A stretch of DNA of 55,940 nucleotides. Origin: Catajapyx aquilonaris (taxonomy: Eukaryota). The number at the start of each line of letters is the position of its first letter. The first letter of the stretch is position 1. Location: NCBI GenBank assembly GCA_000934665.2, contig KZ538652.1, forward strand, positions 1 through 55,940, given 5' to 3'. The position numbers were made by a program, and so were the translations under genes. The notes under the pieces are model-generated. The model saw nothing but the letters and a program-made list of their open reading frames with translations. It was not told where the DNA came from and did not search any database. Positions 37,205 to 48,727 of the stretch are shown in pieces.

Positions 37205-38755
37205 TGGGTGTGGCATAGCCATGCTCTTTTGACGATTGCGGTTGGCCTTTGGGCCGCCCTAACCTCACACCCTGTCGGCCAGTTAGGGGATTTCTCTTTC
37301 GTCTCGCGTCTGCTGTTGGTTGGGTATGGATCTTTCCTCGCTTGCATCGTCCTTTTGCTGATTGTCCTGGCATGTTGGCAAATGTGTGCAAGCCGGACAC
37401 AAACCCTGACTGGGTTCGGCAATATAATGACATGTTTTTACCGAGTTTCAACATTGCCTCTTCGAAGGTTTTTGGATCATCCTTCATCAAGGCATCCAAC
37501 TTGTCATTGAATTGGTCACGAAAGCATAGTGCTTCATGTGATATTGCATGTGCCTCTCTTTCAAATGCTCCACCTTCTACATCTACTGATGTAGTCTCTT
37601 CATTTTCTGGTGACGCTGGCGCTCCTGTCAAGGGGGTTAGTGTTTGTTCTTCTAGAGGCGACTTTTTTAAGTGCGGATTGAGCCAACCCTTTCGTGGCTC
37701 GAGTCCATATGCTACCTTGAACATCATATGTTGCACAGTTGTATTTGCCTCATTGTGTGGTTCATATCGCTTTGGAAACTTCTGCATGATACCTGACATG
37801 TGCTTGCAAAGTGCCCCAGTTCTTCCCTGATGACATTCACAAGAAAATACTTCCATGTTGACCAGGTACATGGTACTAGGGTTGGTTTCACTAGGTACCG
37901 CATACAAGTGTGAGCCAAGGTCCATTATTTTTTCACTAGGAATTGCTCCTCCAGGTGGCAGAAACCTCCGAAGCTGGGACTTTGGGAACCGAGAATGGGC
38001 GAAATCAATCAATTTGGCCTGAATGAAGGGGCCATACTTAGTTATAATGAAATCGATGAGTTGAACAACATTATAGGTCTTAACTCGCTTCAAAATGCAA
38101 TCTTTGAGTATCTTGAATGTGACTTCCACATAATTGTTGGTGTGTGTATACCCCTCAACAACAAATTATTTCTGCATGCCAATGCCCATTTCTCCCTTCT
38201 CTCCCACATGAGGGCTATGTAACGCAGGAATGATGGGTACTTAGAGACTTGGGGATCTACCTGAAAGTTGGCATACTTTTCCAACAATTCCTCTTCTGAA
38301 GTGCCATAGAGCATTTCCCTGAACCGCATCATAAGGTGTTGTCGATCATCCTGATGCACGTAGTGATTTTTGTCCATAAGCCAGGTCCACACAGCTTTCA
38401 GTACGTGAAAGTTACACAACAGGCATTGAGAATTAGGCCAGTGATGTTTCAGGGCAGCTTGTTCTTTTAGGTCATCGTCGGTCATAAACACCTGTGGGTG
38501 TCCCCTGCCAAAAAAGGCTCCTTCTGGAAGGCATTCTTTCAAGAGTGACAATCCCTCCATGAAAACATCGACCTTCTCTGAATCAGTGATAACACAGCCG
38601 AGAGGAATGCCCCCAGCTGGTGTGGGCGTGATGAACATGAAGACGCGGTAATTTTCTCTGTCCATATGACCTGATGCGTCAACAAGTACCAGTTCGGCAG
38701 ACTGGGGTATGAGGGTATGTGCCCTCTTCATCAGGTCGCTGCACAATGCTATGCA
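37205..38755 (-). pseudogene. MULE transposase 3' part (DDE core plus SWIM finger), frameshifted
   Basis: LVLVDASG...FMTDDDLKEQAALKHHWPNSQCLLCNFHVLKAVW (CxxH). TNNYVE is split by a 2-nt slip in a CA run near 38140. SWIM motif CECHQGRTGALCKH. Flanked by both assembly gaps. Confidence 0.85.
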
Positions 38756-39158
38756 AGGGGGGGGGGGGGGGCACANNNNNNAATAGCATTATTGTCGCGG
38801 TTTGAGTGGCGCGGGGTGTGTATCACCTTGGGCAGTGCCATCCGGTGGCAGAAAAATAAAGTTCCTAAGAAATGCCCGTGGCGGTGATATGGTAAAATAC
38901 GAAAAGGAGGCGACCTCGATTCTTGCTTCCCCTTCATTTCGGGCTTGCGTTGATGGTGTCACGGTGCTGGACGGTGGTGTTAAATTGCTTCCATTAGTCC
39001 ATCACCTGCAGCCTGCAGGCCCTCACTGTAGTCAAGCGTGAGCCCAAGGCTAGGGCCCTTCCTGCAGGGTGATATGATACCTGGTCACTGTGCTGACATT
39101 AGTTATTAAAATGTGGCGCTACTGAAGAAGTGATAGAGGTAGAAGACAGCATGAATGC

Positions 39159-41577
39159 ATGATGGAAGGAGACGAAGCAAGAAGAAATAAGGCGCTGGTG
39201 GAATGTAAAAACTGTGGCAACAGTTTCAGCACGCATGGGAATTTGCTCAGGCATCAGAGGATTGCTCACGGAGGCCCTTTGCCTGCTGCACGTGCAGCAC
39301 CAGCTTGTGTGTGCTCTATATGCGGGAAAACATTCACCCGGGTGAGGGATTTAAAAAAAAACATAGCCGCAACTTTCATCCTGAGCCATCCATATCAGCA
39401 CCAGGGGGAGGTGATGAAAAGGAACAAGCTGGGGAGATGTGTGTAACTCCCCAAGAAATGTCCCAAGACCCAGGAAATGCAGGTGGGTGAACTCCCTGCA
39501 GCCAAAGAGGAGGGGTTTGCCATCATATTCTAATCTTTTTGTGCATTGGTGTTTCCACTTGCAGACGTGGAGATTGATCAGCGATTGAAGATGCGGCTGC
39601 AGGACATGTTGCCTGAGCTCTACCAGTATCGTTTTGAAGCCATTGAAGCCGTGGAAAATGAACATGACAGTTTCCATACTAGATTCCGAGTTGGGGGTGT
39701 GACGTCAGAGGCAGATGCCAAGGTAATGCAGGCCCTTATTCATGAAATTTCTTTTACACAATCTGCACTTCTGTAACAGTCTTCTGTAACAGTTAATTTC
39801 TGCCTGCTTTGCTCATTGTCAGCTGGTCTAGTCATCTGGTCAAAATTGAGATATATCACTGTTGCACATATTTTGCAAGTTTCATTGAACCTCACCCTTC
39901 ATTGCTGCACTTTTATTACTCAACCGCATCAATTTCTTTGCAGATGTGGTTGAAGGCCTTCATGGCAACGTCGCTAACAACTTTTCGAGTTGACAGGACA
40001 ACACCACACTGTGGAAAAGTCAATTTGTACAAAACATAATATTTTCGAGGCCAACACAATACGAGGACTCACAGCCACCAAATGAGGGCATCAAAAAACA
40101 CCGATTGTGAAGGAAGGCTCACCATCACACTCAAAAGGTAAACATCAAGCATGAAAATGATACTATTTTACAGTGTGTGCAACTACGTAGTACATTCACC
40201 GTATACTGTACAGAATAACTGACTCAGACAATAATTTTAAATAATATATATACACTTCTCCCTATATCCCAGTCTGGAATGAGTATCTAAACTTTTTTCT
40301 GGTGCCATATAGCTTACATAGAGTAGGCTACATAATTATAATTATATCAACCGAAGTGTAATGCAAAATCATTGGTTTTGCAGATACCTTCCTAAAAGCA
40401 AGGCAAAGCACATGGACCCACTTCTCAGGGATTGGCCTTGCATTGTGGACCTTCACCATGTCCAAAATCATGAGACTGACATTCCATGTGCCTTGAAGTA
40501 CAGACCCATGGGTTCAGAAGTGAGAGACAGGTTGCTTGAGTTGTTTGAGAGTCGCCATTCTCCAGCTGCAGCTAGAGACGTCATTAAAACTGAACTACAG
40601 TCGCAGCATGTGAATGACTATCCCAGGTACTCGGCTGACAATTATCATCTTCCTTCGGTGGCACAAACATTTCATCTGTACTACAAGGAATTTAAGAAAG
40701 TATATGGAGGTGGAGTGACAACAGCTGAAATGCTGCAGGATTTAGAACAGCTTCTCCTGAAATTGGACCCTAGCCTTACAGGTATGTAGAAAATGCTGCG
40801 ATGGGACCTATATTTCCTTCCAAAGGTAGCTAATAATTAACATTCTTTGCAGGTAAGGTGAAAATGAAACTTTACGGACAACACCTTTGCATAGCATTGT
40901 GCAGCGACCTGATGAAGAGGGCACATACCCTCATACCCCGAACTGGTACTTGTTGACGCATCAGGTCATATGGACAGAGAAAATTACCGCGTCTTCATGT
41001 TCATCACGCCCACACCCAGAGCTGGGCAAGCTAACCGAAATTTTTAGCTCAGCTAACTTCCGCTAACAGCTAATTCGGCTAGTAAACCGTGGGCGGCGCT
41101 AAATTGCTAATGATAAACAGCTAGAATGATTAGGGGGGTTTCCACTAACCTTTCTAGCTGTTCAGCATTAACGATTTGGTGATATCCATGGTTTTGCTGA
41201 GCCAGTTGGCTGTTATCGAAAGTTAGCTGTGCCCACCTCTGCCCACACCAGCTGGGGGCATTCCTCTCGGCTGTGTTATCACTGATTCAGAGAAGGTCGA
41301 TGTTTTCAGGGAGGGATTGTCACTCTTGAAAGAATGCCTTCCAGAAGGAGCCTTTTTTGGCAGGGGACACCCACAGGTGTTTATGACCGACGGTGACCTA
41401 AAAGAACAAGCTGCCCTGAAACATCACTGGCCTAATTCTCAATACCTGTTGTGTAACTTTCACGTACTGAAAGCTGTGTGGACCTGGCTTATGGACAAAA
41501 ATCACTACGTGCATCAGGATGATCGACAACACCTTATGATGCGGTTCAGGGAAATGCTCTATGGCACTTCAGAAGAT
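39159..41577 (+). pseudogene. Intron-containing MULE transposase 5' part (2 C2H2 fingers, WRKY/FAR1-like region, start of DDE), disrupted and 3'-truncated
   Basis: Approximate exons 39159-39482, 39565-39722, 39944-40137, 40384-40781 and 40853 onward, with GT-AG ends. Frameshift in the A-run near 39355. About 40885-41577 duplicates the minus-strand copy, with a short deletion and a MITE insertion. Confidence 0.75.
41017..41241. mobile_element. hAT MITE inserted in the transposase
   Basis: 8-bp TSD CCCACACC and TIRs CAGAGCTGGGCA / TGCCCACCTCTG. The uninterrupted sequence is seen in the minus-strand copy near 38620. Confidence 0.9.
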
Positions 41578-41812
41578 GGTGCGCTGCAAACACGACCTCG
41601 AGGTGTTCAGAAATTTTGGTAAGGGCATGTTTTATTATTTCCACCGGGCGTTATGTGACCTGAATATTAACGTGGCATCACCGGGACATCACGTGGGCAT
41701 GGCAACACCTTGGGTCACAAATGAAATGACCGTTTGTCGCACCGGAACCCGCGTTACAGGTGGAGTAAGAAGGAAATCAGTCTTGGCCCATTCAAATCTG
41801 CCGCGCAAAGAC

Positions 41813-41880
<68 letters not shown>
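41813..41880. repeat. (AAT)n microsatellite
   Basis: Perfect trinucleotide run. Confidence 0.95.
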
Positions 41881-41881
<1 letters not shown>

Positions 41882-42299
41882 TTTTATATATTATGGTCAA
41901 TATGCTGCCCATAATAGCGGGCTAAATGGTTACTGTTAAAATTATAAGTATATGCAACGCGCGCCATCGCAAAACCCGTATTTTCTCCGTTTTTATTTGC
42001 AGCCACCTGGCGGCAAATGCCGAAGCTCTTGGATTCGTCGCGCTCTGGCTGAACTATGTGTATTTGGAAATTATGCTGTCGGATGGGGCGTCCGTCGCTC
42101 TTCTTGTCGATACCACCACTTGTTGACGCCGCCGGCTTGGGATCGGCCGCCTCTCGTTTTGTCTTGTTAATTAATCGATTAATTACAGCCCTTTCCCCTC
42201 CCCTCCCGCCCGCCCACCATCCTCCCTGCACCCCTTCCCTCCTGGAAAAAGGAAGGAAGAAGCCCCTGTGGGCCATCATCATCATCTCCAAGGCAAATT

Positions 42300-43551
42300 G
42301 ATGACTTTCCAGTTGCACGCCCCTAGCGGCCAAATTTGGCCTGCCATCAAAATGGCGGCGTTAGTTGTGCAGAGGCGGGATTTTCCTATCCCTGCCCATG
42401 TTAAATGGCCTCTGCTTGCTCGCCTCTGGGGGTCTGGCCCCGGGGCAGATCTTGTTGACATATTTTTTTCTGGAGTGAGGAGGTTCCTGGCCTGCCCTCA
42501 CCAGGTTCCAAAAGTTAATTGGCCCCCGGGCGGACTGCCCCCGGAGTGATTTTGTGAGTGCGAGTTTCTCATTACTAATATCCGGTGTCTTTATTGTCCG
42601 CGTCTGATGGTTTGGCCCCGGGGCAGATCTTGCTGGTTTTTTTGAGTGACCAGAGACCGGACCTTCCCTTTTACCAGGTGCCTGAAGTGAATCGGCCCCG
42701 AGGCGAAGTGCCCCCGGACCCGGAGTGATTTTCTTTTATGGTGGTGACAGAGCTTTTCTCATTATTATCTGGGCTCCGATTGTCCGCATCTGGTGGTTTG
42801 ACCCCGTGGTAGATCTTGCTGAGCATTTTTAAAATGGTTCCACTAATTTCATAAATTACAGTGTCACCTTACACTCCCAGCATAACAGAACTGTTGCAAA
42901 AATATGCACGTATACGGTACAATCGTATCGCTAACATTCATTAGAACATAATTATGACAGATATTTTTTTTAAATGAGCAAGCTACAAACTCACACAAAC
43001 ATAGTCAAAAGGGTTCATCCTCAGCAAGATCTGCCCCGGGGCCAAACCGCCAGACGCAAACAATCGGAGCCCAGATATATACGCAATAATGAGAAAAGCG
43101 CGGTCACCACCATAAAAGAAAATCACTCCGGGTCCGGGGGCACTTCGCCTCGGGGCCGATTCACTTCAGGCACCTGGTAAAAGGGAAGGTCCGGTCTCTG
43201 GTCACTCAAAAAAACCAGCAAGATCTGCCCCGGGGCCAAACCATCAGACGCGGACAATAAAGACACCGGATATTAGTAATGAGAAACTCGCACTCACAAA
43301 ATCACTCCGGGGGCAGTCCGCCCGGGGGCCAATTAACTTTTGGAACCTGGTGAGGGCAGGCCAGGAACCTCCTCACTCCAGAAAAAAATATGTCAACAAG
43401 ATCTGCCCCGGGGCCAGACCCCCAGAGGCGAGCAAGCAGAGGCCATTTAACATGGGCAGGGATAGGAAAATCCCGCCTCTGCATATCTAACGCCGCCATT
43501 TCGATGGCAGGCCAAATTTGGCCGCTAGGGGCGTGCAACTGGAAAGTCATC
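42300..43551. mobile_element. Foldback MITE with ~520-bp arms and AATT target duplication (Sola-like)
   Basis: GATGACTTTCCAG...CTGGAAAGTCATC flanked by AATT on both sides. Removing it restores ggcaaattagac, matching the host's opposite TIR. Confidence 0.75.
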
Positions 43552-44034
43552 AATTAGACCAAAAAAAGGCCGTGCTTCCCGAAAAATCTTCCAAAGCTGG
43601 AAAGTGTTTTAATACCTTATTTAGGGGGTCCCAAATAAGAGTCCTGTGAGTTTGCGACGGATTCTGACTTCTGCTTAAGCGTTGGGAGTCAAGAAACCGC
43701 GAAATTTTCCCCCTTTTTTGTAGTTTTCCGCTTATAACTCCTACACTATGCAGCCTACCGAAATGTCTACTCTAAACATTGTTAAAGAGCATTAAATGCC
43801 GCGTCGAATGGCCTTTGGTCCGTCAAAATCGGCCCAGCCGTTTAGCCGCAATCGACTTTTTAAGTTGGGCCATTCATATTCTTTTTACAGAAAATAAATA
43901 TTCTTTCTTATTTCCAGTCGTGCAGTTCTCGGAGTGGCGAAGGAGCAAAACCGACCGTTTACATGCATACATCTTTTGTTACCTTCAATTAAACAGTATT
44001 CATTATAATGCCTTCTTATATTCTGAAACCACAT

Positions 44035-45012
44035 AACATCCGTGTTTGGAGTGTCCAGGTGCGAATCCAATAGGGGGGAGGAGCGCCACGAATCATAGAT
44101 TTTCGGAAACCCCAGAACAATTAATACAAACAAGAACAGCTACATCACGAAATTTCCCTATGGGGCGTAGTCAGCTATGAAGGGAGACGCAAGCTACCCT
44201 GACATATGAACTAATAAAACTCATGAGAATAAACCTAAAAACAACCTGTCCCACCCCTGCCCACCTCAGACATCACCTTATCCTCAGACATATTTACCTA
44301 TTTACCCATTAATTAACCTACGCCATTTACACCTATCCAAACAAACAACCCTAGCCTCAGCCACGTCCATGGTCCTATTGACACAAGAACGTCTCGGCTT
44401 AACACTAGCAACACCCTTAAGACACTGGCCCACCTGGTCCAACCATGTCTTCCTAGGCCTACCCTTGCCCCTCTTACCAACTACTCCACCCAAATAAACC
44501 TTCTTCACAATCTCCTCCTCCTTCATCCTCTCCACATGGCCAAACCACCTTAGAGTAGACCTACACACCTTATCTTTAACAGTCTCCTTAACCTTACACC
44601 TCTCCAAAATCTCCTCATTCCTAATCCTATCGAACTTGGTAACCCCACAAACAGCCCGGAGATAACGCATCTCTGTAGCCAACACCCTGCTCTTATGCCT
44701 ATCTGACCAGACCCACGCTTCACTACCATACATAAGTGAAGGAACAATAACGTGAGAATAGGCAGACAACCTACAGGCAGAAGATAAGTCCTTATTTCTA
44801 GAAAACTTACTTGTGGCACCTATTACTTTCAACCCAGCTAAATACTTTTCTATCACGAGTCTCATACAGAATATCTGATAGTCTACACAACTCTTACCCG
44901 ACATAAACCCACTCTGAATATTCAGTATTCTCTGACTTGTGACCCTCTTAACTCTTTCTATCAAAACCTTAGCATACACTTTCCCTGGTACACTTAACAA
45001 ACTAATGCCACG
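44035..45012 (-). mobile_element. RTE-clade LINE fragment (5'-truncated, RT core internally deleted)
   Basis: RGISLLSVPGKVYAKVL...QSGF..GKSCVD.QIF is joined directly to LMYGSEAW...DRIRNEEI...LRWFGHVERM...GRPRKTW, followed by a 3' UTR. Confidence 0.85.
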
Positions 45013-45490
45013 AACAATTAATAATTAATATATTATTAAAAATAAGGATTAGACTTGAAATTCCAAAGGGGGGGGGGGGGGGTCGTGCCCCTCTTCCCTC
45101 CACTCTTGGATCCGACCCTAGATGATTGTCATTGAATAAAACATCATCAAATGATTCATATGATCCATTCCAAGCGCAGTATCAAATTTTTAGCCAAGTT
45201 GGTAAAACATGGCCCAACTTAAAAGGTCGATTGCGGCTAAACGGCACCAAAAACCATTCGACGCGGCATCTAATGCTCTTTAACAATGTTTAGAGTAGAC
45301 ATTTCGGTAGGCTGCATAGTGTAGGAGTTATATGCGAAAAACTACAAAAAAGGGGGAAAACTTCGCGGTTTTTTGACTCCCAACCAACGCTTAAGCAGAA
45401 GTCAGAATCCGTCGCAAACTCACAGGACTCTTATTTGGGACCCCCTAAAGGTATTAAATCGGTATTTAAAAAGGTATTTATCGCAAAGAC

Positions 45491-46408
45491 TTGTGTATCA
45501 AGACAGTTGAATTGCACCCACAACCCACCTTTGTGGCACTTAATGACATAGGCTTATGGGCATATAATCTACCGCATCCAGTGGATATTACTGTCACATG
45601 CTTGAATGCAGAAAGCAGTACCATTGAAACGTTAACTGGAATAGGAAAAATAAATATCAAACCAGGATGTACAGGACTTACCAACAGTATGAGAATAGTA
45701 TCAGGATACCAAGGCCTAACACGAGCAAAATACCCGTTAATACAGTCAATTGTAGTTCCACGAATCTTAAGCATATTAACGCCAGAGGAAAGTAAATGGA
45801 TTGTTGCATTATCTCAAAATCAGTCGTTCATGACAAAGATGTCCAGCAAGTTCACAAAAAATATGGACATGCCAATAGCTATGCAGTCATTGCAAAGTGA
45901 GTTAGATTCCTTACATGAGATTCCAGAAACATTTCAGAGCGTTAATGGAAATAATGATTTCATGTGGCAGTCTTCAATCTCGTATTTCTGGGTGATAGTG
46001 ACTGTGGTCGCAGCAATTGCTATGATCATATGTTGCTTGGTAATGATAAAACGTTTCGATATATGTAACCTCAGCCAAAGGAACAATGCACTTCCGAAAG
46101 TTCCGAAGTTGACGCCGAGTAACCATAAATACGATATTGGGGGCATAACACCACTACCAGCCGAATCTTTGTTTGATACCTCATATAAATTTCAATCCAG
46201 TATAGCCAGAATGACAACCAATGATGATTATGTGGATATGGGCAAACCAAGCACTAGTAACGTACATGTAGTAGACGCTGATTTAATTTTAACGCCATTT
46301 GATCATGTAAAACAATTAGAAGCTAAGGAACCTACACCAGTCATAAATAAATGTAAGAATAAAAAGGACACATTGAAGACTAATGGAGTGGCAGTAATGA
46401 TTAAATAG
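45491..46408 (+). CDS. env: Envelope (baculovirus F-like / errantivirus env) C-terminal part, 5'-truncated
   Basis: FVALNDIGLWAYNLP...ITVTC....TLTGIGKINIKPGC..T pattern of the F-type env ectodomain end, then a TM helix (YFWVIVTVVAAIAMIICCLVMI) and a long cytoplasmic tail. Lies upstream of a PPT and LTR. Confidence 0.7.
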   Translation: MCIKTVELHPQPTFVALNDIGLWAYNLPHPVDITVTCLNAESSTIETLTGIGKINIKPGCTGLTNSMRIVSGYQGLTRAKYPLIQSIVVPRILSILTPEESKWIVALSQNQSFMTKMSSKFTKNMDMPIAMQSLQSELDSLHEIPETFQSVNGNNDFMWQSSISYFWVIVTVVAAIAMIICCLVMIKRFDICNLSQRNNALPKVPKLTPSNHKYDIGGITPLPAESLFDTSYKFQSSIARMTTNDDYVDMGKPSTSNVHVVDADLILTPFDHVKQLEAKEPTPVINKCKNKKDTLKTNGVAVMIK

Positions 46409-46893
46409 TTCACTCATGAAGGTAACGAGAAGAAGTATAGCCATAAATGTGATATGGAGTATATTTAAATAGTAAGAGAATAGTATATAAACAAGTCATT
46501 TATTTCCAAGTATAACTAAACGTATATAGTCACGTAATTAATGATTGTAAAGTTTGGTGATGAGTATAATCACACGATGATAGTAATAACAGTGGAGTGT
46601 TTTATGTTTCACACGCAAAAGAGTTGATGACAGTACAAATGGTCATGAGTGACGATTGAATTCATTTTTTTTAACAGAGTCTCCAAATCCCTCAATATGC
46701 CTAGAGTGAGTCACAATATTATAGATTAAGTCTGCAGCTGTGGCCGACTCTTCACTGTGTATATCCATTGACCGTAGAGGTAATAAGTTTTGTGAATGTT
46801 TATCTTAATGTCAGCTATACCTCGCTTGTGGAATCAATGTAAAAAGAAGTGTACTATATAACTACCGGAGGGAGTGTTACCGACCAGTCACAG

Positions 46894-48510
46894 ATGACCA
46901 CCATGGAAGAGAAGCAAGATGTTAGTGCGGAAGAAGAGCTGTCCAAGTTATTGGAATGGAGTAGTGAACACTATATACCGCCAGAAACACAGGTGCAGCT
47001 GTTCGAGGACTCGCATCCAGATGAGTTTTTAGTGGAAACCATGGACGACCTAATACCCATACCTGAACACGTGGCACACCAATACTCTATTACACCCGCC
47101 ACAGAAGCCATTCCAGACCTGTTATCCATTAGCAGTCCAGATACCGAAACACAGTATAATCCATCCCTACCTGTAGCACCTTCCCAGAGGGAGGAGGAAA
47201 GAAACAAGGAACACTATTCCAATGAGCAGTACCCTCAGAGAGAGGTATACACAGACGCAAGTACCAGTGTCATCGCAAGTACCAGTGACATCGCCAGCAC
47301 CAGTGTCATCGCAAGTACCAGTGACATCGCCAGCACCAGTGTCATCGCAAGTACCAGTACATATATCAGTGCCATTGCAAGTACTAGCGGCTGTGCCAGC
47401 ACCTGCGCTAGAATCCATAGTGCCATACCACGGACAAATGTCGCAAGATTGTCTTCGCAAGTGCTCAGGAAGATACCTTACTATACTACTGATTGTAATG
47501 TCACACCTAACCTCCCTGGATTCCAGTATCCATATCCTTTAGCCCGGTATACACTTGAAAAGCACATACAATGCCATCAGATTACGGTGCCTAATCACGG
47601 CATCATTCCGGTAAAGCCTGGCCGACACACATCAACGGTCATCGCCATTTGTAAACAAATGCTGGAGTTATGTCCAGAAGGGGTCTATCTGGCCACCCTC
47701 AATAGTCATATAAAAGCTGAACAAAAGGTGGAGGAGGAATGTCCATTGGCAGGATGTCATGGGAAGATAGGAAAAACAGGAATTAGTTGCCACAAGCATT
47801 TGTTACTGCATTTGAGTATCGCTACGGTGTCATGTCCCAGTTGTGGCTTAAGCTTTGAAGATTTTAGTTCAAGGTTAAGCCACATGTATACTGCACACCT
47901 TTCATGTTTGAAGGAATGTTTGGAAGCAATAGGCTTGAAGTTGTTAATGGATAGCACCATAAGAAACAGGGGAATACAAACAGAAACCGATCATACAGGG
48001 ATGGAAACAGAAACAGAAGTCGTGTACGGAAAGCCTCTTAAAGGCCCAAAAATGATACATGCAAGTTACCTACAATTACCTGCATGGGAATGGACAAACT
48101 CACAAGAAGCAGTGCAGTTAACAGTAGGGAATAAAGAACCCGCATGGATAGATTTAAAGGCAAAAGATACTCCTGCAGTCCTAGACTTAATAACTATGTT
48201 GAAAACAGTACCAAGCGGAATGGAGATAATGCCAAGGCAAAGAACTAAGCTGTACAAGGGGAGAGCAGAGAAGTGTCCAATGATAGACTGTGCTTGTTCA
48301 CTAAGCCAGCATATAAGTAGGCCACCCCACTTGGTCAGTCATTTGAACACAAATTGTATGTATTGCCCTATTTGTTGCCGGTCGTGGTACAGCATCCTGG
48401 CCTGGATAAATCATTTAGTACACACTCATACGGAGCACATGAACACGGTATTAAAACAAACTGGCTATGAACATGTTTTGCATTATGGAAGGACACAAGT
48501 GATTATGTAA
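46894..48510 (+). CDS. Retroelement accessory ORF: acidic N-terminus, 6-aa IASTS(V/D) repeats, two duplicated pairs of atypical C2H2 fingers
   Basis: Intronless open frame of 538 codons from ATG 46894 (Kozak-like ACCATGG at 46903). Fingers: CPLAGC..HLLLH, CPSC..HMYTAH, CPMIDC..HLVSH, CPIC..HLVHTH. Confidence 0.8.
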   Translation: MTTMEEKQDVSAEEELSKLLEWSSEHYIPPETQVQLFEDSHPDEFLVETMDDLIPIPEHVAHQYSITPATEAIPDLLSISSPDTETQYNPSLPVAPSQREEERNKEHYSNEQYPQREVYTDASTSVIASTSDIASTSVIASTSDIASTSVIASTSTYISAIASTSGCASTCARIHSAIPRTNVARLSSQVLRKIPYYTTDCNVTPNLPGFQYPYPLARYTLEKHIQCHQITVPNHGIIPVKPGRHTSTVIAICKQMLELCPEGVYLATLNSHIKAEQKVEEECPLAGCHGKIGKTGISCHKHLLLHLSIATVSCPSCGLSFEDFSSRLSHMYTAHLSCLKECLEAIGLKLLMDSTIRNRGIQTETDHTGMETETEVVYGKPLKGPKMIHASYLQLPAWEWTNSQEAVQLTVGNKEPAWIDLKAKDTPAVLDLITMLKTVPSGMEIMPRQRTKLYKGRAEKCPMIDCACSLSQHISRPPHLVSHLNTNCMYCPICCRSWYSILAWINHLVHTHTEHMNTVLKQTGYEHVLHYGRTQVIM

Positions 48511-48727
48511 ATGAGTTGAGGCATTTGGAGATGGAGAAGTTATTTTGTAGATATTGCTGAAACTGTCATGATTGTTTTATGAAACATGTTTATGTGAATG
48601 TAACTCTGATAAGGTTATTGTGTATGTTGAACATTTATTCATATGGTCTTATACCATCTTGTATGGATAACGTAGTAGGATAACGGTTAAGAAGCAACTG
48701 GAAATTTTCTCCTTTGTGGGTGGATAT

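Larger units (their letters stand above)
34192..42076. mobile_element. Mutator (MULE) DNA transposon, composite/rearranged
   Basis: 9-bp TSD TGTCGGATG (34183-34191, 42077-42085) and 17-bp TIR GCATAATTTCCAAATAC. Empty site in the paralog near 16780. Contains MULE transposase sequence. Confidence 0.85.

Noticed and set aside
42268..43553. Mirror-image ORFs 42268..42549(+) and 43302..43553(-)
   Set aside because: A by-product of the inverted arms of a foldback element.
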